Shown here: piece after piece, positions 7,712 to 16,692 of the stretch
Numbering within the stretch: position 1 is the stretch's first letter
Layout: each line of letters opens with the position of its first letter
DNA from: Dehalococcoidia bacterium
GTDB taxonomy: Bacteria > Chloroflexota > Dehalococcoidia > UBA2979
Direction of reading: 5' to 3'
Assembly (NCBI GenBank): GCA_965219085.1
Contig: OZ244720.1
Location: 32,001 to 96,000 of the forward strand
DNA length: 64,000 bases
Notes under the pieces: generated by a model
What the model was told of the DNA's origin: nothing
The model's database searches: none
What the model saw: the letters and a program-made list of their open reading frames with translations, nothing else
Program-made: the position numbers and the translations under genes

Positions 7712-8895
7712 GGGCGAGGCTCCCGCGGGCCGACGGTCTCGACGTAGGCAGCGGCGTTCCGCTTGAACTCGTCGATGTGGTCGCCCCCGAACTTCTCAAG
7801 CGCCGCGTCGGCGAGCACGATACAGAGCACGGCCTCGCCGATCACACCCGCCGCCGGCACGACGCAGGCGTCGGCGCGCTCGTAGAACGCCTCGACCTGC
7901 TCACCGGTGAGCAGGTCGGCGGTCGGCAGGCGGCGCGGCAAGGTGGAGATGGGCTTGAGCGCCGCGCGCACCACGATGTCCTCGCCGTTGCTCATGCCGG
8001 CCTCGATGCCGCCTGCGCGGTTGGTCGCGCGCTCCCACTTGCGCCCCTCCCACTCGCCAGCCGGGAGCAGCGTGTCGTGGACCTCGGAGCCTGGCTTGTG
8101 CGCGTTCTCGAACGCGGGGCCGATCTCGACGCCCTTCACGGCGTTGATACCGAGGAATGCCGACGCGATGCGCGCGTCAAGCCGCCGGTCCCACTGCACG
8201 TGCGCGCCGAGCCCGATCGGCGCGCCGCTCGCGCGCACCTCGAAGATGCCGCCGAGGCTGTCGAGGGACTCCCTGGCGGCGTCGATGGCGGCGATCATGT
8301 GCGGCTCGGCGCCAGGGTCGTGGACGCGCACCGGCGAGCGTTCGATCGCCGCCCAGTCGACGTCCACGCCGTCGAGCGGCTGCGCGATCACGTCGCCGAT
8401 GGCGACGGTGTGCGAGTGCACCTCGACGCCGATCTCGGTGAGCAGCGCGCGCGCCACCGCGCCGGCGGCCACGCGCGCCGCCGTCTCGCGCGCGCTCGAG
8501 CGTTCGAGGATCTGGCGCACGTCGTCGAGGCCGTACTTCTGCGTGCCGGCGAGGTCGGCGTGGCCGGGGCGCAGCAGCGTGACGCGCTCGACCTCCTGGT
8601 CGACCGGCTCGACGGCCATGCGCACGCGCCAGTTGGCGTTGTTGTGGTCCTTGTTCTCCAGCCACAGCGCGATCGGCGACCCGATGGTCAGCCCATGGCG
8701 CACGCCCGAGGTGATCTCGGCGCGGTCCTTCTCGATCTGCTGTCGCTTGCCGCGGCCGTAGCCGCCCTGGCGACGCACGAGGTCCGAGGCGATCCAGTCC
8801 TCGCTGAGCGCGAGACCGGCCGGCACGCCCTCGATGACCGTGGTGAGGCCCTTGCCGTGCGACTCGCCCGCGGTCAGGAACCGGAAGTTGCTCAC
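7708..8895 (-). CDS. aroC: Chorismate synthase
   Basis: TAGESHG, RPGHAD, ERSSARETA, GGIEAGMSNG and KPISTL motifs. Confidence 0.97.
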   Translation of the reverse strand: MSNFRFLTAGESHGKGLTTVIEGVPAGLALSEDWIASDLVRRQGGYGRGKRQQIEKDRAEITSGVRHGLTIGSPIALWLENKDHNNANWRVRMAVEPVDQEVERVTLLRPGHADLAGTQKYGLDDVRQILERSSARETAARVAAGAVARALLTEIGVEVHSHTVAIGDVIAQPLDGVDVDWAAIERSPVRVHDPGAEPHMIAAIDAARESLDSLGGIFEVRASGAPIGLGAHVQWDRRLDARIASAFLGINAVKGVEIGPAFENAHKPGSEVHDTLLPAGEWEGRKWERATNRAGGIEAGMSNGEDIVVRAALKPISTLPRRLPTADLLTGEQVEAFYERADACVVPAAGVIGEAVLCIVLADAALEKFGGDHIDEFKRNAAAYVETVGPREPRP

Positions 8896-9554
8896 TATCC
8901 TGCCTCTCCAGCCGGAGTTGCCCCGTTGCGCGTCGCGGCCTCCGCGTCGCCCGGTGTGATCAGCGCACCCGCACCGGGGTCGAGGTCACGGCTCGCCGCC
9001 GTCTCGCGCGTCGACCACGACTTCAGGATCGCAGGTGCGGCGTCATCGTCCCAGTCGGTGATGACCGCCTGACCACGGTTCACCTGCGTGGTCAGCAGGC
9101 ACTCCGACTCGACATCGCCCTCGGCGCTGCGGTACTCGGCGTAGACATCGACCTGCACCGCCTCGAAACGCGCGAGGGGGATGTCATAGAGCAGCCGCTC
9201 GGCCATGCGCACCGCCGCGCGTCGCGCCACGTTCGCAGGGGGCCCTACCTGCTCGCGCACACCGTCGACGACGCGGATGTCGGGCTCGGCGAGGAGCGAG
9301 ACGCGGCAGCGCTCCGTGTCCGCCGCGATCAACTCGGCCGACATGAGTGCGCGCCAGTCGGCCGGTGGAACGTCGGCGGGCGGCCGCATCCGCCGCCACG
9401 TCTCGAACGCCTCGAGCACGGAAGCGCGCAGCGCGGGGATGTCGCCCTCGGCGATGATGCGACGCCAGTGGCGCTGCGAGAAGAACGACTGCGTGATGAC
9501 GAAGCCGAGGAAGCCACCGACGACCAGCAAGAGCAGCACCCCGAGCTCGATCAC
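8895..9554 (-). CDS. Hypothetical protein with N-terminal membrane anchor
   Basis: Coupled to aroE (GTGA) and to aroC; codon usage typical of the host genes. Confidence 0.7.
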   Translation of the reverse strand: MIELGVLLLLVVGGFLGFVITQSFFSQRHWRRIIAEGDIPALRASVLEAFETWRRMRPPADVPPADWRALMSAELIAADTERCRVSLLAEPDIRVVDGVREQVGPPANVARRAAVRMAERLLYDIPLARFEAVQVDVYAEYRSAEGDVESECLLTTQVNRGQAVITDWDDDAAPAILKSWSTRETAASRDLDPGAGALITPGDAEAATRNGATPAGEAG

Positions 9555-10423
9555 TGCGCTGTCTCCTCCGCGCTCCTGCTGGCGAGCGCGGCTCGCGCGG
9601 CCGCGAACATCACCTCGGTGGGCGGTTCGAGGCCCGTCCACATGCGGAACGACTCGGCGCCCTGGTACACCAGCATCCCGAGCCCGCCGATGGGTTGCGC
9701 GCCCGCGGCCTCGGCCACCCTCAGGAAGGGGGTGCGCTCCGGGATGTAGACCAGGTCCAGAGCGGCCTGCCCCGCGACGAACAGTTCGGCTGGAATGGGC
9801 GTCGCCGACTCGTCCGGCCCGTGCCGCATCCCCAGCGTCGTCGAGTGTATCACCAGCCGCGCCCGCGCCATCGCGTCGCGCAACTGCGGAGCGCCGGCGT
9901 CGAGCGGCGCGATCCGCACCTCCATCGCGTCACCGCCGAGGCCCGTGAGCGGCTCGGCGTTCACAGGCGTGCGGTTCGCGATCGTCAGGCGCGCAGCGCC
10001 CTCGGCGCGCATCGCCACGACGACGGCGCGCGCCGCGCCGCCCGCGCCGATGAGCACGACCTCGCCGCCCGCCACGTTGACGCCGGCGTCGGCGAGCGTG
10101 CGCAGCACGCCCGCGACGTCGGTGTTCGCGCCGTGGAGCCGCCCCTCGCGCGGGACGATCGTGTTGACCGCGCCCACCTGTTCGGCGAGCGCGTCGACCT
10201 CGTCGGCGCGCTCGAGCAGCTCGACCTTGTGCGGCACCGTGACGTTCGCCCCGAGCACGCCGCCGGCGCGCAGTCGCTCGACGGCGCCCGCGACCTCGCC
10301 CGGCAGCACGTCCCACGCCACGTAGCGGGCGTCGACGCCGAGCGCGTCGAGCGCGGCCTGCTGCATCGGCGGCGAGATCGAGTGCGCGACGGGGTGGCCG
10401 AGGAGCGCGATCGTGGCGGTCAC
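9551..10423 (-). CDS. aroE: Shikimate dehydrogenase
   Basis: GHPVAHSISP, NVTVPHK, GAVNT, NTD, GAGGAA and MLVYQG motifs. Confidence 0.96.
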   Translation of the reverse strand: MTATIALLGHPVAHSISPPMQQAALDALGVDARYVAWDVLPGEVAGAVERLRAGGVLGANVTVPHKVELLERADEVDALAEQVGAVNTIVPREGRLHGANTDVAGVLRTLADAGVNVAGGEVVLIGAGGAARAVVVAMRAEGAARLTIANRTPVNAEPLTGLGGDAMEVRIAPLDAGAPQLRDAMARARLVIHSTTLGMRHGPDESATPIPAELFVAGQAALDLVYIPERTPFLRVAEAAGAQPIGGLGMLVYQGAESFRMWTGLEPPTEVMFAAARAALASRSAEETAQ

Positions 10424-10439
10424 GGTGTATCCCGCTCGC

Positions 10440-11537
10440 TCACGGCAGGGTGTAGCGCTCGACGTTGTGCTCGTGCTCGGCGAGCGTCTCGGCGAACGCA
10501 TGCGAGCCGTCGCCCTTCGCCACGAAGTAGAAGTAGTCGGTGCTCGCCGGGCGCAGCACCGCGAGGATGGCCCCGAGGCCGGGGTTCGCGATCGGCCCCG
10601 GCGGCAGCCCGGCGACGATGTAGGTGTTGTACGGCGAATCGAACGCGAGGTCCTCGACGGTGAGCGCGATCTTCCACCATCCGTCCGCGGGCTCCTCCTC
10701 GAGCCCCTCGGCGATCGCGAACTGCACCGTGGGGTCCGCGTAGAGCGCGATGCCCGACTCGATCCGGTTCAGGAACACCGAGGCGATCAGCGCGCGCTCG
10801 TCGGGCAGCAGCGCCTCCCGCTCGATGATCGAGGCCAGCGTGAGCACCTCGTGCAACGTCATGCCGATCGCCTCGATCTGGGAGCGGATCGCCGGGTTCA
10901 CCGCGTTGCTGAATGCGTCCACCATCGCCTCGACGAGGCTCTCGGCGGTCGTCTCCTCGGTCAACGGGTACGTCGCCGGGTACAGGTAGCCGGTCAGATC
11001 CGCGCCGACCGGGCGGCCGCGGAGCAGCGGCTCGAACCGTGGGAGCGCGAGCGCCTCCTCCCACTCCTCGGCGGTCGCAACGCCGAGCGCGACGACAAGC
11101 TCGCCCACCTCCTCGACGCGGAGTCCCTCGGGCACCACGAGGAATACCTCGCGAGTCAGTCCGAGTCGCATCTTGCGGATCACCTCGGGCGCGGGTGTGC
11201 CGGGAGCGAACTCGTACCGCCCGGAGCGCAACTGCGAGCCCACGCCGGTGTAGCCGAGCAGCGTCCGGAAGCGGCCCGTCTCGGTGAGTACCCCGCGCGC
11301 GAGCAACTGCGTGGCGATCACCTCGGCGCCCGACCCCGGTACGACCTCGACCACGAGCGTGCCGCTGCCGACGGCCGGCGCCGGGCTGATCGCGACGGCC
11401 GCGCCGCCGCCTTCGCTTGCGTCCGACGCGATCACGCTCTGCGTGCCCGCGAGCCTCGAGGAGGCCACCGAGCCGATGAAGAGCACCCACGCGGCGAGCA
11501 GCAAGTAGACCACGAGGATCGGATCAAGAAACCGCAT
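10440..11537 (-). CDS. mltG: Endolytic transglycosylase MltG
   Basis: N-terminal TM, VPEG, GYLYPATY, LASIIERE, ADPTV, SPYNTY and GLPPGPIANPG. Confidence 0.95.
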   Translation of the reverse strand: MRFLDPILVVYLLLAAWVLFIGSVASSRLAGTQSVIASDASEGGGAAVAISPAPAVGSGTLVVEVVPGSGAEVIATQLLARGVLTETGRFRTLLGYTGVGSQLRSGRYEFAPGTPAPEVIRKMRLGLTREVFLVVPEGLRVEEVGELVVALGVATAEEWEEALALPRFEPLLRGRPVGADLTGYLYPATYPLTEETTAESLVEAMVDAFSNAVNPAIRSQIEAIGMTLHEVLTLASIIEREALLPDERALIASVFLNRIESGIALYADPTVQFAIAEGLEEEPADGWWKIALTVEDLAFDSPYNTYIVAGLPPGPIANPGLGAILAVLRPASTDYFYFVAKGDGSHAFAETLAEHEHNVERYTLP

Positions 11538-11946
11538 CGTGCGTCTCCTCGGTGGCGGCGCGTGTGCGAACGGTGCGCCGGCGGTCGATGAACTGCTGGA
11601 GCAGCAGTGCGGCGGCCAGGTCGTCGGCGGACTCGCCGCGCGGCATCCCGCGCTCGGCGGCCACGGACGTCAGGCGCTCATCTTCGTACTCGATCGGCAG
11701 CCCCAGGCGGGCGAGGCGCTCGCCGAGCTTGCGTGCGGCGCGGGCCGCGCCACCTTCGGCGCCATCGAGGGTGCGCGGCAGGCCAAGCACGATCCCGCCG
11801 ATCTGCTCGCGCCGGGCGATCGCGCGGATCGCCGGAAACGCCGCGCTGGCCGGCACGATCTCGATCGGCACCGCGACGCGCTCCTCGGGGTCGCAGGCGG
11901 CGATGCCCACGCGAACACTGCCCGGGTCCACGCCGAGCCAGCGCAT
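11524..11946 (-). CDS. ruvX: Holliday junction resolvase-like RuvX/YqgF (start could be 11970)
   Basis: LGVDPGSVRVGIA, GLP, DERLTS and DDLAAALLLQ motifs. Confidence 0.92.
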   Translation of the reverse strand: MRWLGVDPGSVRVGIAACDPEERVAVPIEIVPASAAFPAIRAIARREQIGGIVLGLPRTLDGAEGGAARAARKLGERLARLGLPIEYEDERLTSVAAERGMPRGESADDLAAALLLQQFIDRRRTVRTRAATEETHDAVS

Positions 11947-11962
11947 CGTCTCCACACTGCGC

Positions 11963-13765
11963 TCACTCATCGCCGGCGCCGTCAACAGACGCATCGTCTC
12001 CCTCACCCTCCTCACCCTCCTCGCCCTCCTCGTCACCCTCGACGACGCCGGCGATTTCGGCCGCGAGGTCCTCCTTGCTGAGGAAGACGATCGAGATGCG
12101 ATCCTCGCGCTGCGGCATCCGTACGGCCGGAAGCCAGCCGGGGTGGACGCGAATCAACGGCTCGACACTGAGGGAGAGTTCCTCGCGTAGCCTCGTCGCT
12201 GCCGCGGACGGGGCGACGCCGGTCAGGATGCCGCGCAGCGAGGCGGGATCGAACAGCGGTGTCGCGAGCCCGGTGGCGTTGAGGGTCGCGACCAGGCGGC
12301 TGCCATCGAAGACGGGGGCCTCAGCGACGACGTCCGTGGTGCCCGGAATCAGCGCGGTCCCCTCGGGCAACACGCTGACCAGGATCCGCTCGCCCGCGCG
12401 GCGCGCGGCGTCGTCGGGGAGGACGATGGCGGACACGATCGCGGTGTACTCCATAAGGAACGCCTCGGCCGGATCGCCCGGCTCCACGAGCGGCTCCTGG
12501 CTCAGGATCGCGACGGTGACGGTCTCGGGAAACACCGTCCCATCCTCGACGATACGCTGCAGGGCACGCGTGCCGGCCCGGCGCAGCACGTCTTCGGCGA
12601 TCTCGCCAACCCGCACCGCATCTTCAGCCGCAGCGGCGGGCACCTCGATGTCCTCGCCGCCGGCGGCGGCGACCGGGTTGGTGACCGTCAACGTCGTCGC
12701 GAAGCCGATCAGGAACCGCAGCGTCCCCGCTTCCACGTTGCCGGCTGTACCCGGGCGGATGGCGGTGGCTCCGACGGACGCCGCCTCCCCGGCGAGGACA
12801 GTAACCGCCTCGTCGGTGGTGAAGGTGAATTCGTCCGCGTCTTCTACGGGGATACCGACGGGCAGCCTGATATCGGTCGTGCCGGTGTTGGTGAACTCCA
12901 ACTCCACCGTCGCCGCGACATCCCCGACGCTCGTCGTGCCGGTGGTCACCGTGGAAGCCACCGCCACGATCGTCTCGCTCACGGAGGTCGCCGCCACCAC
13001 ACCCTCGGCGATGTCGGTCTCCCCCACGGGGTTGAGATGCACGCGCGCGGAGCTCCGCAGCGTTTCGCCCGGCGGCGCGATGAAGATGTCCGCCGAGGGC
13101 ACGTAGTAGGCTGCGGCGCCAAAGACGAGGATCGGGATCGCGGCGAACGCGGCCAGCCGCAGCAACGGCGTCACCGGGGGCACGCGCAGCGTGAGCTCGC
13201 GCGGCCCGAGCGGCAGGCGCAGCGTGGGTGCGGGCCGCAGTCCGCGCGGCGTCCGGGCGGTGCTGAGCCCCGCGTTCAGCGCGTGCTCGCGCACGTCGCG
13301 CCGGCTCGCGAGGACATGCACGGTGAGCCCGCGCTGGCGGGCGTGGGCGGCGATGCGCGGCCACGCCATCGCGGCGCGCAGGCCGCGCGCACGGCGCGGC
13401 ACCACCAGCAGCACCTCGACCTCGCTCGCGGTCTCGATGCGGCCGATGACGGAGTTAGCGTCGTCCTCGCGCCGCGCGACAACCGTGGCGGCGCCGGACA
13501 TATAGGGCACGCTGCGCGGCACGTTGCGCGGCCGTCTCCGCCGCCGGCGGGGCGGAAGATCGCCCGCCTCCCGGCGGCGCTGCTCCTCGCCGCGTGACGC
13601 GCGCCAGTCGGCGACGAACTGCCGCCACTCGTCGCGCACCCGGCCGGGGAAGCCGCGCACCGACGCCGCCCAGCGGTCGAGGCGCGAGCCATCGCTTGCT
13701 GTGTCGGAGCGCGGCGTCGCGGGTTCCGCTTCTTGCGTGCCGTCGTCGGGTTCGCGTGGCGTCAC
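11963..13765 (-). CDS. Membrane-anchored baseplate J/gp47-like domain protein
   Basis: Cytoplasmic alpha/beta domain, one TM (LAAFAAIPILVFGAAAYYV), then FTN..., A..PGTAGNVEAG and VTNPVAAAGGED as in baseplate J; acidic tail. Start uncertain. Confidence 0.7.
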   Translation of the reverse strand: MTPREPDDGTQEAEPATPRSDTASDGSRLDRWAASVRGFPGRVRDEWRQFVADWRASRGEEQRRREAGDLPPRRRRRRPRNVPRSVPYMSGAATVVARREDDANSVIGRIETASEVEVLLVVPRRARGLRAAMAWPRIAAHARQRGLTVHVLASRRDVREHALNAGLSTARTPRGLRPAPTLRLPLGPRELTLRVPPVTPLLRLAAFAAIPILVFGAAAYYVPSADIFIAPPGETLRSSARVHLNPVGETDIAEGVVAATSVSETIVAVASTVTTGTTSVGDVAATVELEFTNTGTTDIRLPVGIPVEDADEFTFTTDEAVTVLAGEAASVGATAIRPGTAGNVEAGTLRFLIGFATTLTVTNPVAAAGGEDIEVPAAAAEDAVRVGEIAEDVLRRAGTRALQRIVEDGTVFPETVTVAILSQEPLVEPGDPAEAFLMEYTAIVSAIVLPDDAARRAGERILVSVLPEGTALIPGTTDVVAEAPVFDGSRLVATLNATGLATPLFDPASLRGILTGVAPSAAATRLREELSLSVEPLIRVHPGWLPAVRMPQREDRISIVFLSKEDLAAEIAGVVEGDEEGEEGEEGEGDDASVDGAGDE

Positions 13766-13771
13766 TGGTTG

Positions 13772-16441
13772 CTACGCCCCGCCGAGGCGATCCCGTGCCG
13801 CCCGGCGCGCCACGTCAAGCGCTTCGTCCAGCCTCGATGCGTCGCGCCCGCCGGCCTGGGCCATGACGGGACGGCCGCCCCCGCCGCCCCCGACGACCGC
13901 GCCTGCTTCCCGCACCACCTCGTCGGCGCGCAGGCCGCGCTCCACCACGTCGTCGGTGGCCAGTGCGAGCAGCATCGGACGGTCGTTAAGCACGGCGCCG
14001 AGCATGACGAAGGCGCTGTCCAGGCGCTCGCGCAGACGGTCGCCCATCCCGCGTAGCGCGTCCTGCGACTCCGCCTCCACGCGCGCCACGACGACGCTGA
14101 CGCCGGCGATCTCCACTGCCCGCCCCACGAGGTCGTCGGCCGCGCCGAGCGAGCGGTTCGCGGACTGCTGGCGTGCGCGACGGCGCTCTTCAGCCAGCTG
14201 CTCCTCGAGCGCGTCGATGCGTGCCTGGAGCTCCTCGGGCGGCGCCTTGAAGCGCTGCGACAGCTCCGTGACGAGGTCCAGCCGCTCCTCGATATAGCGC
14301 TCGGCCTCCGGGCCGCTGAGCGCCTCGATGCGGCGCAGCCCGGCGCCGATGCTCGAGTCGGCGACGACCACGAAGTTGCCGAGCCCGCCTGTCGAATGGA
14401 GGTGCGTACCGCCGCACAGCTCGCGACTGAAGCACTCGGGCGTGTGTTCGTGGCCGTGTCCGCGCGCCTCGCAGTACTCGACCATGCGCACGTCGGCGGA
14501 GTAGCGGTCCTCGAAGAACGCGATCGCGCCGCGCCCGATCGCCTCCTCGTAGGGGAGGACAAACGTCTCCTGCGCGATGTCCTCGCGCACCTTCGCGTTG
14601 ACGATGCGCTGCGCCTCGCGCAGTTCGTCCGCCGAGGGCGCCTGCGGGTGCGAGTAGTCGAAGCGCAGCCGGTCCGGCGCCACGAGCGACCCGGCCTGCC
14701 GTACGTGCTGCCCGAGCACCTGGCGCAGCGCGGCGTGCAGCAGGTGCGTCGCCGTGTGGTTGCGGCGGCAGCCCGCGCGCCACGCAGCGTCGACGCGCGC
14801 CTCGGCGGCCTCGCCCACGGCGATGGCGCCTTCGGCGACCTCGCCGCGATGCACGATCGCACCGCCCAGCTCCTGCGTGTCCTCGACCAGGAAGCGCCCC
14901 GAGGGCGTCACGATGTCGCCGCGGTCCCCGAGCTGCCCGCCGCTCTCCGCGTAGAACGACGTGCGCGGCAGCACCACCTCGCCGCCCTGCCCTGCCTCGA
15001 GCTGCTGGACCGCGCCCCCGTCGGTGACGATCGCTGCAACCACGGAGTCAGCCGTGAGCGCGTCGTAGCCGACGAACTCGCTGGAGACGCCGAGTTCGGC
15101 GTAGCGGCCGGCCTCCTCGTCGCCGTAGACGGCGAAGGCGCCCTCGCCCCTGGAGCGCTCGCGCTGGGCCGCCATCTCGGCGTCGAAGCCGTCCTGGTCG
15201 ACCTCGTAGCCGCGCGCCGCGGCAACCTCGATGGTCAGCTCGGGCGGGAGGCCGTGGGTGTCGTAGAGCGCGAACATGTCGCGGCCGGGGACGCGGCGGC
15301 TCGAGGCCTCGCGATCGAGCACCTGTTCCAGCAACTCGAGGCCGCGGGCGAGCGTGCCCTGGAAGCGGCGCTCTTCCTCCTCGATGACCTCGACGATGAA
15401 GTCGTGGTGCTCCGCGAGCGCGGGATAGGCGTGCTGCGCGGACTCGATCGCGGCGTTGACCACGCTCGCGAGGAAGGCCTGGCGCACGCCCAGCATGTGG
15501 CCAAAGTAGACGGCACGCCGCAGCACGCGACGCAACACGTACCCGCGGCCCTCGTTGCCGGGCAGCACGCCGTCCTCGATCAGGAATGCGGCGGCGCGCG
15601 TGTGTTCGGTGATCACGCGCAGCGCACGCGCCTCGTCGGGCGCGCCGTCGGGGTCGTACGAGCGCCCGGTGGCCTCCTCGGCGGCCGCGAGGATGCCGCG
15701 TAGCTGGTCCGTCTCGTAGGCCGAGCGGGCGCCCTGCAGCACCCACGCCACGCGCTCGAGGCCGGCGCCGGTGTCGATGTTCTGCGTGGGCAGCGGTTCC
15801 ATCGTGCCGTCGGCGTGCAGGTCGAACGCCATGAACACGAGGTTCCAGATCTCGAGGAAGTTCGGCGCATCGAGGTCGATCTGCCCGTCGGGCAGCCGCG
15901 GTTCGCTGGAGATGTTGTCGCCGAAGTAGTAGTGCAACTCGGAGCAGGGACCGCAGGGCCCGGTCTCACCGGAGTACCAGAAGTTCCCCTGCTCCGAGGT
16001 GTAGCGCAGGATGCGCTCGGCGGGGACGCCGCGCTTGAGCCAGAGGTCGTGCGCCTCGTCGTCATCGGTGTAGACCGTGACCCACAAGCGGTCGGGGTCG
16101 ATGCCGAGCTCGCCGGTGAGGAACTCCCACGCCCATTCGATGGCGTCGGCCTTGAAGTAGTCGCCGAGCGAGAAGTTGCCAAGCATCTCGAAGAACGTGA
16201 GGTGCGACTCGTCCCCGACTTCCTCGATGTCGGTGGCGCGGAAGCACTTCTGGACTGAGGTGAGGCGGTTCGCGGGAGGCTGCTCGAGGCCGAGGAAGTA
16301 CGGCTTGAACTGCACCATCCCCGCCGAAGTGAACAGCAACGACGGATCGCCGTACGGGATCAGCGACGACGACGGGATGCGGCGATGCTGACGCTCCTCG
16401 AAGTACTGAAGGAACGCCGCGCGGAGTTCTTCGACGGTCAA
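13772..16441 (-). CDS. alaS: Alanine-tRNA ligase
   Basis: LLFTSAGMVQFK, HLTFFEMLGNFS, EIWNLVFM, NHTATHLLH, ELCGGTH and GGGGG; probable TTG start. Confidence 0.97.
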   Translation of the reverse strand: MTVEELRAAFLQYFEERQHRRIPSSSLIPYGDPSLLFTSAGMVQFKPYFLGLEQPPANRLTSVQKCFRATDIEEVGDESHLTFFEMLGNFSLGDYFKADAIEWAWEFLTGELGIDPDRLWVTVYTDDDEAHDLWLKRGVPAERILRYTSEQGNFWYSGETGPCGPCSELHYYFGDNISSEPRLPDGQIDLDAPNFLEIWNLVFMAFDLHADGTMEPLPTQNIDTGAGLERVAWVLQGARSAYETDQLRGILAAAEEATGRSYDPDGAPDEARALRVITEHTRAAAFLIEDGVLPGNEGRGYVLRRVLRRAVYFGHMLGVRQAFLASVVNAAIESAQHAYPALAEHHDFIVEVIEEEERRFQGTLARGLELLEQVLDREASSRRVPGRDMFALYDTHGLPPELTIEVAAARGYEVDQDGFDAEMAAQRERSRGEGAFAVYGDEEAGRYAELGVSSEFVGYDALTADSVVAAIVTDGGAVQQLEAGQGGEVVLPRTSFYAESGGQLGDRGDIVTPSGRFLVEDTQELGGAIVHRGEVAEGAIAVGEAAEARVDAAWRAGCRRNHTATHLLHAALRQVLGQHVRQAGSLVAPDRLRFDYSHPQAPSADELREAQRIVNAKVREDIAQETFVLPYEEAIGRGAIAFFEDRYSADVRMVEYCEARGHGHEHTPECFSRELCGGTHLHSTGGLGNFVVVADSSIGAGLRRIEALSGPEAERYIEERLDLVTELSQRFKAPPEELQARIDALEEQLAEERRRARQQSANRSLGAADDLVGRAVEIAGVSVVVARVEAESQDALRGMGDRLRERLDSAFVMLGAVLNDRPMLLALATDDVVERGLRADEVVREAGAVVGGGGGGRPVMAQAGGRDASRLDEALDVARRAARDRLGGA

Positions 16442-16512
16442 GCTGACGCCCTTGCTGCGGAGTCTGGCCGCTGTGGATCGAGGGCCTTCCAGTAGAGACA
16501 GGGCCGACCGCG

Positions 16513-16542
16513 AGTGTAGAATGAGGCTTGGCAGGGGGTCAA
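16513..16542 (-). promoter_or_regulatory. Sigma70-type promoter of the alaS operon (TTGACC-N18-TACACT), overlapping a plus-strand TAGAAT
   Basis: Minus-strand -35 at 16542-16537 and -10 at 16518-16513. Confidence 0.6.
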
Positions 16543-16692
16543 TTTTCGAGCCTCTGAACACGCGCCGCGCGGGCCAATGCCCGCCGGACGCCGCCGTGGA
16601 GCGCCACGATCGAGACAGCCGACTCTCAACGGTCCGCGGAAAGCGACCAACCTCCGTCGCCCAGCCGGCACAGGTCGGCGCGCACGACAGAC

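Noticed and set aside
11963-13765. Prophage or contractile injection system
   Set aside because: No sheath, tube, capsid, terminase or spike genes in the window.
16442-16510. T-box riboswitch upstream of alaS (also sought at pheS)
   Set aside because: Leader too short and no GGTGGNACC T-box motif; pheS appears leaderless.
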